Assembly: GCA_047602645.1 (NCBI GenBank)
Contig: JASGGU010000005.1
Location: 1,533-65,532, forward strand
Length of the DNA stretch: 64,000 nt
Reading direction: 5' to 3'
From: Lachnospiraceae bacterium
Lineage (GTDB): Bacteria; Bacillota; Clostridia; Lachnospirales; Lachnospiraceae
Below, piece after piece: positions 45,777-54,824 of the stretch. The notes under the pieces are model-generated. The model saw only the letters and a list, made by a program, of their open reading frames with translations. It searched no databases and was not told the origin of the DNA. A program made the position numbers and the translations under genes. The number at the start of each line of letters is the position of its first letter. Position 1 is the stretch's first letter.

Positions 45777-46517
45777 TTAGATTATTTTTATATAGAATAA
45801 TATAGACAATACAATTATCAAGGTATAGAGTGCCATCATCATATAATCAATCGCCTCAAATTTAACCTGATTCACGCATACCCTGTCTATATCTCCGCCT
45901 AAACCTCTTGTCATGGCCGATTGGGATAATTCATCACCGATCTTAACCACACAAATAATCAAAGGAACAATCCTGTATTCAATAAACTTTCCAATATGTC
46001 TGATATCAAAAACAATACCTCTCATTTTCATGGCATCGCTAATGCTTTGAAATTCACAAGCAATTGTCGGAAACATGCGAAACATGACACAGAACGGAAC
46101 AACAATTTTATCTGACACACGCCATTTTTTCAAGCCTGCCGAGAATTCACTTACTGTTGTTGTCGAGATTATATAAGCTCCTGCAATTACCATCGGCATA
46201 AACTTGACAAATATAATTGTCATTGCAACCAGAAATAACTGCAATCCCCCCTTTACTCCCGGAAAAACATATTCTGTCAGCACAACCGCGATCAGATATA
46301 ACCCTCCATAAACAACCACCAATCGGCCTTTACCGGCAAGCATCATCAAGAAAAACATTGCAAAGCATACGATATGCTGAAAATAAGGAATTCCATTTCC
46401 AAGGCCGCCCAAGACAAACAAAGAGATCATGATAAGAAGCATAATCTTTGTTCGGATATCCAATACATAAGGCTTCCTTTCAAACGATTTTATTAGCTGT
46501 TCTTTTGAAACTTCCAT
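45777..46517 (-). CDS. ECF T component (module 3)
   Basis: The 246-aa polytopic protein has the CbiQ-like region ...ACEFQSISDAMKMRG.... It directly abuts the S gene. Confidence 0.82.
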   Translation of the reverse strand: MEVSKEQLIKSFERKPYVLDIRTKIMLLIMISLFVLGGLGNGIPYFQHIVCFAMFFLMMLAGKGRLVVVYGGLYLIAVVLTEYVFPGVKGGLQLFLVAMTIIFVKFMPMVIAGAYIISTTTVSEFSAGLKKWRVSDKIVVPFCVMFRMFPTIACEFQSISDAMKMRGIVFDIRHIGKFIEYRIVPLIICVVKIGDELSQSAMTRGLGGDIDRVCVNQVKFEAIDYMMMALYTLIIVLSILFYIKII

Positions 46518-47138
46518 TCAAACCAGACCCGCTTTTTCAAAGTGTTTTCTGCTGATTGCTTTTGCTATGTATGCACCAACAACCGCCGAGATGATAATTC
46601 CTATCGTCATAACCGGCAGCATCCAAGGCGGCAGAAAGCTGGATAATGCGTCTGCATATTCCTGCCCATATTCCTGTCTGGAAGCAAAATAGCCAATGGG
46701 GTCAATGAATATTGGGAGATAATTTCCGAGTAACCATAATGAAAACACTGCATAGCTGGTGACAATTGCTTTTACGCTCTTATAGTTTCCTGCTTTTAAT
46801 ATCAGGTCCGCCAAAACAGCAAAAATAATTGCAAAAATAAACGGAAAAATTCCCATTCCGCAAAGTCCGGTAATGCCGCCTGTAATGATTCCTGAAATAG
46901 ATAACATTCCAAACTTATTGATCTTGGTATAATAAAGTATCATTGGAATCGCTCCCAAAACCGGCGCAATAAATGCATAGCATACCATCAGTATTGGCAC
47001 CAGACCCATAAAAGCACAAACCATTACAATGATAAAATAAATAGCCGTATAGATACCAATATTGATTAAATCCTTTCCGCTCCATTTCTTTGTATCATAC
47101 TGTATTCCTTCGTTGTCGTATTTCGAGTTATTACTCAT
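46518..47138 (-). CDS. Putative ECF S component, MptD/Trep_Strep type (module 3)
   Basis: The 206-aa polytopic protein has the C-terminal tail SRKHFEKAGLV and a GAGGAGG RBS. Confidence 0.7.
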   Translation of the reverse strand: MSNNSKYDNEGIQYDTKKWSGKDLINIGIYTAIYFIIVMVCAFMGLVPILMVCYAFIAPVLGAIPMILYYTKINKFGMLSISGIITGGITGLCGMGIFPFIFAIIFAVLADLILKAGNYKSVKAIVTSYAVFSLWLLGNYLPIFIDPIGYFASRQEYGQEYADALSSFLPPWMLPVMTIGIIISAVVGAYIAKAISRKHFEKAGLV

Positions 47139-47158
47139 TTTTTCATCCTCCTCTTTTT

Positions 47159-47210
47159 GGTTAGTTTCATCTAACCGTTTTATTATATTACCCTTTTATT
47201 TAGAGGTAAA
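47159..47210 (-). promoter_or_regulatory. Promoter plus conserved inverted repeat GGTTAGATGAAACTAACC of ECF module 3
   Basis: On the minus strand: TTTACC (47210-47205), a 17-nt spacer, then TATAAT (47187-47182). The repeat (47176-47159) begins at about +1. The leader after the repeat (AAAAAGAGGAGG) nearly matches the leader at 33160-33180. Confidence 0.6.
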
Positions 47211-47270
47211 TGCTTAGATGCTCTTTTGAGAGATATTCTCATTTAGGAAAAACCTCATCGGCAAGCAGTC

Positions 47271-47299
47271 TTGTATATTTCGGACAAACGAAATATAAT
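47271..47299 (+). promoter_or_regulatory. Sigma-A promoter of the HTH/RR/HK operon (module 2)
   Basis: TTGTAT (47271-47276), a 17-nt spacer, then TATAAT (47294-47299). The spacer contains the inverted repeat ATTTCG-N6-CGAAAT. Confidence 0.6.
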
Positions 47300-47320
47300 A
47301 AGAATATTGGAGGCAATGAA

Positions 47321-47530
47321 ATGGACTATATAACAACAAAACAAGCTGCCGCTAAATGGGGTGTTACCGATAGAATGGTACTTTACTACTGTACCTTAAG
47401 CAGGATTAACGGAGCGGTGAAGATGGGAAATCTATGGCTGATCCCAAAAAATTCCATTAAGCCTATAGATAGAAGAAAATCGGAAAGAAAAGAAGGAGGC
47501 ACAATCAATGAATCGAATTCTTTTAGTTGA
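47321..47530 (+). CDS. Small HTH DNA-binding protein (MerR/excisionase-like HTH_17 type)
   Basis: A 69-aa protein from the ATG at 47321 (GGAGG RBS 7 nt upstream): MDYITTKQAAAKWGVTDRMVLYYCTLSRINGAVKMGNLWLIPKNS.... It overlaps the RR start. Confidence 0.75.
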   Translation: MDYITTKQAAAKWGVTDRMVLYYCTLSRINGAVKMGNLWLIPKNSIKPIDRRKSERKEGGTINESNSFS

Positions 47531-48194
47531 GGATGATTTAAATCTGATCGATGGCTTGGAGTTTTCTCTAAAAAAAGCCGGCTTCTGTGTTGACAGTGCA
47601 AGAACCGTGCGAGAGGCATACGTGATTATGAAAGAGCGGACTTATGATTTGCTGATTCTTGATCTAACGCTTCCTGATGGCTGTAGTTATGAAATATGCC
47701 AGAAGGTACGGCAATCGTCATCCGTCCCCATTATCTTTCTGACCGTTTGTGATGAGGAAGTGAATATCGTCAAAGGCCTGGAGATGGGCGCAGATGATTA
47801 CATCACTAAGCCTTTTAAGCTGAATGAATTAACCGCCAGAATCAATGCGCTGCTGCGCCGGGCGAAGTTATCAGAATCAACGCAGCCGGCGCTTATTTCC
47901 AATGGCATTACGGTTCGCCTGACAGAAAATCGCGTATTTAGAAATACCGGCGAGATTGCGCTTACCACAGCAGAATATCGACTGCTATGCCTTTTCATGC
48001 AAAATCCGAATGCAATTTTGACGAGAACTATTATCCTTGACAGATTATGGGACAATGACGGCAGTTTTGTAGATGACAATACCCTGTCTGTTTATGTTCG
48101 CAGACTGCGCAGCAAAATTGAAGAGGATCCTGACAATCCAATATTTTTACTAACCGTTCGAAGACTTGGCTACAAATGGAATATAGCAGAGTGA
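47508..48194 (+). CDS. OmpR/PhoB-family response regulator (module 2)
   Basis: The 228-aa ORF has a receiver domain (ILLVEDD...ILDLTLPDG...DDYITKPF) and a winged-helix domain (LTTAEYRLLCLF...VRRLGYKW). Confidence 0.92.
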   Translation: MNRILLVEDDLNLIDGLEFSLKKAGFCVDSARTVREAYVIMKERTYDLLILDLTLPDGCSYEICQKVRQSSSVPIIFLTVCDEEVNIVKGLEMGADDYITKPFKLNELTARINALLRRAKLSESTQPALISNGITVRLTENRVFRNTGEIALTTAEYRLLCLFMQNPNAILTRTIILDRLWDNDGSFVDDNTLSVYVRRLRSKIEEDPDNPIFLLTVRRLGYKWNIAE

Positions 48195-48204
48195 GGTGGT
48201 GGTT

Positions 48205-49449
48205 ATGAATATTCTTGTAAACAAAGAAACAAAAAAGCTGCTGATTGCTTTCACAATCATACAGGGTTTCTTTATTGGGTTTGGATTGCTATTTATGCGG
48301 GATATTTCCGATTACTATAAGCACAGTATGATCGAACACGATTACAGGATTGCGGCTTATATCATTGAAAACAACTCTGCTCCATCACAAATTGCAAAGG
48401 CGTTTACGTCGGACAAAACAAACGTCGAAGTACAAGCTGGCCGGGAAGCCTTGAAAGCGGCCGGATATACAACCAATACCCGGAATCGTATGCTCCCGGA
48501 AGTGCAGGCATTTCAACAACGGTATCTCGTTATTTTTCTTGTGTTCTCAGTTCTCCTGACATTGATCTTAGCGGCAGTGCTTTGGTTGTATCTTCTGCGG
48601 CAGGATAAGACGATTGAAAAAGCTGATTATATGATTCGCTCCTTTATGAATGGGGACGTCTGCACACGGTTAGACGCCCAAGAGGAGGGGAGATTGTCAC
48701 AGCTTTTTACCTCCATAAACGAAATGGCAACCTCTCTCACGACACATATTGGCAGCGAAAAACAAGGACGGGAATTTCTTAAGGATACGATTTCCGATAT
48801 TTCTCATCAATTAAAAACCCCTCTTACTGTATTAAAGATGTACAATGAGATTATTCATAATGAACAATCCGGTAATGATGTAGTGGATGAATTTATAATG
48901 AAAAGCGGCCGAGAATTGAACCATATGGAAGTACTCATTCAAAATTTGCTGAAGCTGGCGAAACTGGATGCAGGAGCAATTGTATTGGGGAAACATAATT
49001 ACTATGTCAGGGACTTTCTAGAAGATGCAACAAAGGGCTTCCGAACCCGTGCCAAACTGGAAGAGAAAATGATTCGAGTAGCTTGTGATAAAACCACCGT
49101 GATGAAGTTTGATGAAGAATGGCTGTCCGAAGCGGTCAATAATATAATCAAAAATGCCTTGGATCACACGGACGCAGGCAGTGAGATTGTAATCAGCTGT
49201 GAAGAAACACCAATCTTAACTGAAATAGAAATTCATGATAATGGAACAGGGATTCATCCGGAAGATATTCATTCTATCTTTAGGCGTTTTTACAGAAGCC
49301 GTTTTTCTAAAAATAAAGACGGGATTGGCATCGGACTTACTTTATCAAAAGTGATCGTAGAAATGCACGGGGGCTCTATTACCGTTGAGAGCGAATTAGG
49401 AAAAGGTACCTCCTTTCGCCTTGCATTTCCAAAGCTTTCAAAACCGTAA
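48205..49449 (+). CDS. Sensor histidine kinase (module 2)
   Basis: H-box ISDISHQLKTPLTVLKMY and HATPase_c motifs (NALDHT, DNGTGI, GIGIGLTL). The ATG at 48205 has a GAGGTGG RBS 5 nt upstream. The ORF track uses the GTG at 48196. Confidence 0.9.
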   Translation: MNILVNKETKKLLIAFTIIQGFFIGFGLLFMRDISDYYKHSMIEHDYRIAAYIIENNSAPSQIAKAFTSDKTNVEVQAGREALKAAGYTTNTRNRMLPEVQAFQQRYLVIFLVFSVLLTLILAAVLWLYLLRQDKTIEKADYMIRSFMNGDVCTRLDAQEEGRLSQLFTSINEMATSLTTHIGSEKQGREFLKDTISDISHQLKTPLTVLKMYNEIIHNEQSGNDVVDEFIMKSGRELNHMEVLIQNLLKLAKLDAGAIVLGKHNYYVRDFLEDATKGFRTRAKLEEKMIRVACDKTTVMKFDEEWLSEAVNNIIKNALDHTDAGSEIVISCEETPILTEIEIHDNGTGIHPEDIHSIFRRFYRSRFSKNKDGIGIGLTLSKVIVEMHGGSITVESELGKGTSFRLAFPKLSKP

Positions 49450-49478
49450 GATAAAATTCATCTGTGTGTAAGGTTGAC
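49446..49478 (+). promoter_or_regulatory. GTAAG(A/G)T boxes 22 nt apart, the second fused to a TTGACT -35 element
   Basis: GTAAGAT lies at 49446-49452 and GTAAGGTTGAC at 49468-49478. The GTAAGGTTGAC/TAAGGTTGAC junction is shared with the module-1 site at 8863-8871. Confidence 0.45.
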
Positions 49479-49519
49479 TTGCTATCATCTCATTAAAATA
49501 ATAAGTGAGGTGTTTGATA

Positions 49520-49594
49520 TTGGATTTATTGAAAATAAGGAACCTATACAAAACATGTGGTGCGGGGGTAAAGGGCGATGAATCATTACCTTAA
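49520..49594 (+). pseudogene. Possible relic of the N-terminus of an ABC ATPase gene
   Basis: A GAGGTG RBS precedes the TTG at 49520, giving (L)DLLKIRNLYKTCGAGVKGDESLP*. The segment LKIRNLYKTxGxG resembles the conserved first strand of MacB/Bce-type ATPases. The ORF ends 17 nt inside the permease gene. No ATPase gene follows the permease. Confidence 0.4.
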
Positions 49595-51923
49595 TATTTC
49601 ACAGAAATATCTTTTTGTTCATAAAAGAAAAACAAGACTTACCATATTGAGCGTAATCATAGCCGTAGCTCTTGTTGTCGGTATTTTTTCCATGCTGGAT
49701 GCACTTGTGAAATATGAAAGAACGCAGATATTGGAAAGCGAAGGTAATTATCATATTTTAATCCGAAATCCCAGCCGGCAGGAAATTGATTTCGTAACAA
49801 GCCGCATTGAAATTCAAAATTCCGGTATGCTGGTTGATCTGGGCCAAGGGGTCATCGATGATGAGGAATGCGCTTTGGGGAGCATCGATGCGAATTTCGC
49901 TGCCAACCTGAACGTCGAGCTTTCCGAGGGCCGCTCCCCCATTGACACCAATGAAATCATGCTGGAAAAATGGTATCTGGAGAAACGGGCGCTAGAACTC
50001 GGTGATACTGTAACATTACAACTCCCAAACGATGCATCGGGTGAATATGTGATCTGCGGCATCATAAAGGATTGGGGGGCCACCAAGGCCGCAGCCATAC
50101 CATTTGCCTTTCTGTCTCCTGTTGCGTCCGGAAATTTGACGCCGGTATCCGGGCAATACTTCATTTTATTTAAAGAAGGTGTAAATATACAGAATGTCAA
50201 GCATGAGATTGCCTCCGCCATGAGTATTCCCGAGGGTAGAATGGGGAATAACGAGGGGCTTTTGGCATTGATGTTTCAGACAGCCAATAACAGAGTCCTG
50301 AAATTTTATACGATAGGAACCGTATTGTTTACGTTGGTGCTGATTACCGCCGTTATTATGATTTATAACACGTTCAACATTTCTGTCATGGACCGGGTTC
50401 GTCAGTTCGGTATGCTGCGCTGCATCGGTGCTTCTCAGAAGCAAATTAAGAGACTGGTCGGAAGAGAGAGCTGCATTATTTCTCTTAAGGCAATTCCCTT
50501 GGGTGTACTGACCGGCATGATTATGACAGTTATCTGCTTAAGCATATTGAAATTTTATAACCGCAGTCTTTTTGGGAACATCTCTATTTTTTTTGTCAGC
50601 CTTGTCGGTATTGGCGCAGGCGTGTTAATCGGTTTTCTTTCCGTTTTTGCGGCTTCACTGCTTCCGGCAAAACGAGCCGCAAAGATCTCTCCTATTCATG
50701 CAGTTACCGGAAGCCGGGACTGTGAAATTCTAAACAGAACCAGACATGGCTTTCTGACAAAACTGTTCAAAGTTGAAACGGCTATCGGTATTCATCATGC
50801 ATTCAGCAGAAAACGCACGTTTATTTTGATGTCCTCCTCAGTTGCATTAAGTATCATTTTATTTCTTGCCTTCCATGTGCTTGTCAATCCGGTTTTTATA
50901 GGAAGCAATCCCACAAAATTATATACCGCAGATCTCTCCATCACTTCAGAAACCGGTATAAACGAAAGTTTGTTTTACCAGTTATCTGACCTGGACGGAA
51001 TAAAAAATGTATTCGGAAAGAGGAGCACTTATGCCAGTACTTTATTTCCCCCCAGCAGCCTAACCAAAGAGTCAGTCAATTCCCTGCTTTTGTCTTATGA
51101 TCAAAAGCAGCTGAAATTAGTTAAGGATGATATCTCCAAAGGAGTCTCTGACGAAAACAAGCTAAACGAACAAAATGGGATCATCGCTGTCAACTGTGTA
51201 CTAAAAAACAATGACATCGTAAGAACCGCTGATTTTCAGCTTGGAGATAAGGTTTCTCTTAAGACAGACAGCGGAAACGAAGAATTTACTGTCATGGGCA
51301 TTTTGGATTCCGCGCCTTATTCCAGCGATACACTTGTAACATTTATTACCACCGAAACCTTATTCAGTAAATTATCAGACAGTACTCTGTATCAGGCAAT
51401 TGATATTCAGCTGGAGGGTAACAATCAAGACCGGACCGTAGACAGAATAAACGGCCTGATCGACAGTACTATAACACTCCATGACAAAAGACAGCTTAAC
51501 AGAGAGGCAAACAGCACTTTTATGACCATCGCCATATTTGTCTACGGATTTGTCGGCGTGATCGGACTTATCAGTCTTTTGAATATCATAAATACCATGA
51601 ACACAAGCATCCTATCAAGAACAAAGTATCTGGGAATCATGCGGGCAGTCGGCATGTCCGGCAAACAGCTTCATAAAATGATTCTCGTTGAGGCCGGCGC
51701 CTATAGCCTTACCGGATGCATTATGGGGTGTACAGCCGGACTGATTCTGCAAAAAGCACTCATTGACGATTTACTGTCCGACCCTCGGGTTGTGTGGTCT
51801 TTCCCTGCCGCACAAATTGGCTTTGTATTCCTGTTGATTCTGTTCATTACAGGAATTTCCGTTATCAGTCCATTAAAGAAGATTAAGGAACAGGGGATAT
51901 CCGAGGTGATCGAATCGCTATAA
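49578..51923 (+). CDS. ABC transporter permease with two FtsX-type domains, no adjacent ATPase
   Basis: The 781-aa ORF starts ...KYLFVHKRKTRLTILSV and shows two FtsX 4-TM blocks. The next gene downstream is convergent. Confidence 0.88.
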   Translation: MNHYLNISQKYLFVHKRKTRLTILSVIIAVALVVGIFSMLDALVKYERTQILESEGNYHILIRNPSRQEIDFVTSRIEIQNSGMLVDLGQGVIDDEECALGSIDANFAANLNVELSEGRSPIDTNEIMLEKWYLEKRALELGDTVTLQLPNDASGEYVICGIIKDWGATKAAAIPFAFLSPVASGNLTPVSGQYFILFKEGVNIQNVKHEIASAMSIPEGRMGNNEGLLALMFQTANNRVLKFYTIGTVLFTLVLITAVIMIYNTFNISVMDRVRQFGMLRCIGASQKQIKRLVGRESCIISLKAIPLGVLTGMIMTVICLSILKFYNRSLFGNISIFFVSLVGIGAGVLIGFLSVFAASLLPAKRAAKISPIHAVTGSRDCEILNRTRHGFLTKLFKVETAIGIHHAFSRKRTFILMSSSVALSIILFLAFHVLVNPVFIGSNPTKLYTADLSITSETGINESLFYQLSDLDGIKNVFGKRSTYASTLFPPSSLTKESVNSLLLSYDQKQLKLVKDDISKGVSDENKLNEQNGIIAVNCVLKNNDIVRTADFQLGDKVSLKTDSGNEEFTVMGILDSAPYSSDTLVTFITTETLFSKLSDSTLYQAIDIQLEGNNQDRTVDRINGLIDSTITLHDKRQLNREANSTFMTIAIFVYGFVGVIGLISLLNIINTMNTSILSRTKYLGIMRAVGMSGKQLHKMILVEAGAYSLTGCIMGCTAGLILQKALIDDLLSDPRVVWSFPAAQIGFVFLLILFITGISVISPLKKIKEQGISEVIESL

Positions 51924-51944
51924 GGTATGCTCCTAACAATCCTG

Positions 51945-51981
51945 CCAAAAGGGAGTGATCACTGTTTCAGTTTCCACTCCC
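51945..51981 (-). terminator. Terminator hairpin between convergent genes
   Basis: Stem GGGAGTG (51951-51957) / CACTCCC (51975-51981) with a 17-nt loop. TTTTGG follows on the minus strand, downstream of kdgK. Confidence 0.5.
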
Positions 51982-52018
51982 TGCTCTCTCGAACTATTTT
52001 CTTACAAATGATACATTA

Positions 52019-53044
52019 CTATCTCTGCACTCTGCCGGAACCGTCACCGCCTGACAATTTCAGCACTTCATTGATGCCTACCTGATTGAAATCGCCTTCT
52101 ATACTATGTTTCAGGCAACTGGCAGCAACCGCAAATTCGATCATTTGCTGAGGCTCCAGATTCTCCAGACAGGCATATAGCAAACCGCCTCCGAAGGAAT
52201 CTCCGCCACCTACTCTGTCAACAATATGCATCTTGTATTTTCTGCTGAAATAGTACTGACCATCCGTATACAGCATTGCCGCCCAATTGTTATCATTTGC
52301 AGAAATGGATTCTCTTAATGTAATTGCGACCTTCTCAAAATGAAATTTTTCCACAAGCTGCCTTGCAACATCTTTATAGCCTTCCTGATTTACCTTCCCT
52401 GTTGTCACATCCGTGCCGGAAGCCTTTATGCCGAACACATCATTTGCATCCTCTTCATTTGCTATACAAACATCAACATATTCGCAGAGCTTTCCCATAA
52501 CCTCCCCTGCTTTTTCTTTTGACCACAATTTATTTCTATAATTCAAGTCACAACTGATTTTGATATTCTTTTCTTTTGCAGACTTGCATGCTCTAAAACA
52601 AATTTCTGCCGCCGATTCGCTCAATGCCGGTGTAATACCGGTAAAATGAAACCAATCAACGCCTTCAAAGATATTGTCCCAATCAAATTCATCCGGATCT
52701 GCGGTTGCGATCGAAGATCCTGCCCGATCATAGATCACTTTGGAAGGCCTCTGACTGGCACCCTTTTCAAGGTAATAAACACCCAATCTTTCTCCGCCCC
52801 GCAAAATAAATTTTGTATCTACTCCATATGTTCTTAATGCATTTATTGCACATTGTCCGATTTCGTGAGACGGAACCTTTGAAACAAAGCATGCGTCCAT
52901 TCCATAATTGGCCAATGATACCGCCACATTGGCTTCTCCTCCGGCATACGTGGCTTCAAATCGATCTGCCTGAACAAACCTATGATATCCTTCCGGTGCC
53001 AGCCTCATCATAATCTCACCTAATGTAACAATTTTCTTCGTCAT
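52019..53044 (-). CDS. kdgK: 2-dehydro-3-deoxygluconokinase (PfkB family)
   Basis: A 341-aa protein from the ATG at 53044 (AAGAGGA RBS): MTKKIVTLGEIMMRLAPEGYHRF...YAGGEANVAVSLANYG...DRVGGGDSFGGGLLY. Confidence 0.85.
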   Translation of the reverse strand: MTKKIVTLGEIMMRLAPEGYHRFVQADRFEATYAGGEANVAVSLANYGMDACFVSKVPSHEIGQCAINALRTYGVDTKFILRGGERLGVYYLEKGASQRPSKVIYDRAGSSIATADPDEFDWDNIFEGVDWFHFTGITPALSESAAEICFRACKSAKEKNIKISCDLNYRNKLWSKEKAGEVMGKLCEYVDVCIANEEDANDVFGIKASGTDVTTGKVNQEGYKDVARQLVEKFHFEKVAITLRESISANDNNWAAMLYTDGQYYFSRKYKMHIVDRVGGGDSFGGGLLYACLENLEPQQMIEFAVAASCLKHSIEGDFNQVGINEVLKLSGGDGSGRVQR

Positions 53045-53093
53045 TTTTTTCCTCTTTTCGTCGAAATGTCTTTCTCTCAATCGCAGTAATTCT

Positions 53094-54824
53094 CTATCTC
53101 ATGTAGCCACCCTTTATGGGCGATACCGCATGATCTGCAAAGATTTTTAAAACACCTGCTTCATAACGCGGCGGTCTGGCTTTCCATTTTTTTTGCCTTT
53201 TTGTCAAAATGACTGCTATTTCTTCTGAAGTTTTATGCACACCATTAACGCCTACAATATCCAGCTTTCTATTCTCAACATCAATTAAAATCAAATCATT
53301 TTCCTCTACCAGCGCTATCGGCCCGCCTTCAGCCGCCTCCGGCGAGCAATGTCCAATGACAGGACCTGTTGATGCTCCCGAGAATCTGCCGTCTGTAATG
53401 AGTGCAATTGTTTTTCCAAGCTCCTTATCTGAAGAGATCGCCTCCGATGTATAGAACATTTCCGGCATGCCGCTTCCTTTTGGACCTTCATACCGGATAA
53501 ATACCGCATCGCCGGGTTTGATGACATGCTTTAAAATTGCCGCAATCGCTTCCTCTTCACTATCATAGGGTCTTGCGCAGAGCGTTGCCTTCATCATTTC
53601 CTCCGGACAGGCACTGTGCTTTATCACTGCTCCTTCCGGTGCCAAATTGCCCTTAAGGATAGCGATCGTTCCGTTTGTCCCGATCGGGTTGTCAAATGTT
53701 CTGATTACATCGGTCTTTTTCAAGCCTGTTTTCGACATATACTCATCACATTTTTCATAATAACCGCTGTTTTTCAGCTGCTCAAGGTTCTCGCCAAGTG
53801 TTTGACCGGTAACTGTCATTACATCCAAATGCAGCATACTCTTAATTTCTTCCATCACTCTCGGAACACCGCCTGCATAATAGAAAAACTGTGCAGGCCA
53901 TTTGCCGGTTGGTCTGATATCCAAAAGATAATGAGCGCCTCTGTGCATTTTATCAAACAAATTACTATCCAAATCATATCCGAATTCGTGAGCAATTGCC
54001 GGAAGATGCATCAATGCATTTGTGGATCCTGATATTGCGGCGTGTACCAAGATTGCATTCTCGAACGATTTCATACCGACAATATCTCTTGCTCCGACCT
54101 GATTTTTTGCAAGTTTAACAGCTAATTCACCGGCATGGCGGGCAAAAGTCAAAAGATCCGGACACATTGCGGGCATCAGCGCACTCCCCGGTATCATTAA
54201 GCCCATTGCCTCTGCCATAATCTGCATTGTAGATGCCGTTCCCATAAAAGAACAAGCTCCGCAGGAAGGACAGGCATGCTGTTTATAGAATGTGAGCTGT
54301 TCTTCTGAAATCTCCCCTCTCTGCTGCATCGCACTGTATTTCCCGATTTGCTCCAGCGTCAACAGTTCTTTTCCATAAGCATCCATTACACCGCCGGTCA
54401 CCATAACAACAGGAAGGTTGGTTCTTCCGATAGCCATTAAATGTGCCGGAACTGCCTTATCGCAGCTTGAAATAAAAACGCCCGCATCAAAGGTGGTCGC
54501 GTTGTTATGTATCTCAATCAGGTTACATATCGTATCGCGGGATGCAAGGGAATAATTGATTCCATCATGTCCTTGTGCCATTCCGTCACAAATATCCGTT
54601 GCAAAATATCTGGCGCCTTTTCCGCCATTTCTATCGATGCCACGAATCGCCTCTTCCACAAATTTATTCAGATGCGCACTGCCCGGATGGCTGTCACCAT
54701 AGGTACTTTCCACCAGAATCTGTGGTTTTTCCAAATCCTCGACGGACCACCCCATCCCCATTCTCAGCGGGTCCATCTCCGGAGCAAGCTTTCTGACTCG
54801 CTGACTTCCATATTCCATCATCAT
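53094..54824 (-). CDS. IlvD/Edd-family dehydratase, paralog of 23486..25231
   Basis: The 576-aa ORF has the same motif set (SCDKAVP, CPSCGACSF, TDGRFSGASTGPVIGHCSPEAA). It is clearly alignable along its full length with the other copy. Its ATG overlaps the rhamnosidase stop. Confidence 0.88.
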   Translation of the reverse strand: MMMEYGSQRVRKLAPEMDPLRMGMGWSVEDLEKPQILVESTYGDSHPGSAHLNKFVEEAIRGIDRNGGKGARYFATDICDGMAQGHDGINYSLASRDTICNLIEIHNNATTFDAGVFISSCDKAVPAHLMAIGRTNLPVVMVTGGVMDAYGKELLTLEQIGKYSAMQQRGEISEEQLTFYKQHACPSCGACSFMGTASTMQIMAEAMGLMIPGSALMPAMCPDLLTFARHAGELAVKLAKNQVGARDIVGMKSFENAILVHAAISGSTNALMHLPAIAHEFGYDLDSNLFDKMHRGAHYLLDIRPTGKWPAQFFYYAGGVPRVMEEIKSMLHLDVMTVTGQTLGENLEQLKNSGYYEKCDEYMSKTGLKKTDVIRTFDNPIGTNGTIAILKGNLAPEGAVIKHSACPEEMMKATLCARPYDSEEEAIAAILKHVIKPGDAVFIRYEGPKGSGMPEMFYTSEAISSDKELGKTIALITDGRFSGASTGPVIGHCSPEAAEGGPIALVEENDLILIDVENRKLDIVGVNGVHKTSEEIAVILTKRQKKWKARPPRYEAGVLKIFADHAVSPIKGGYMR

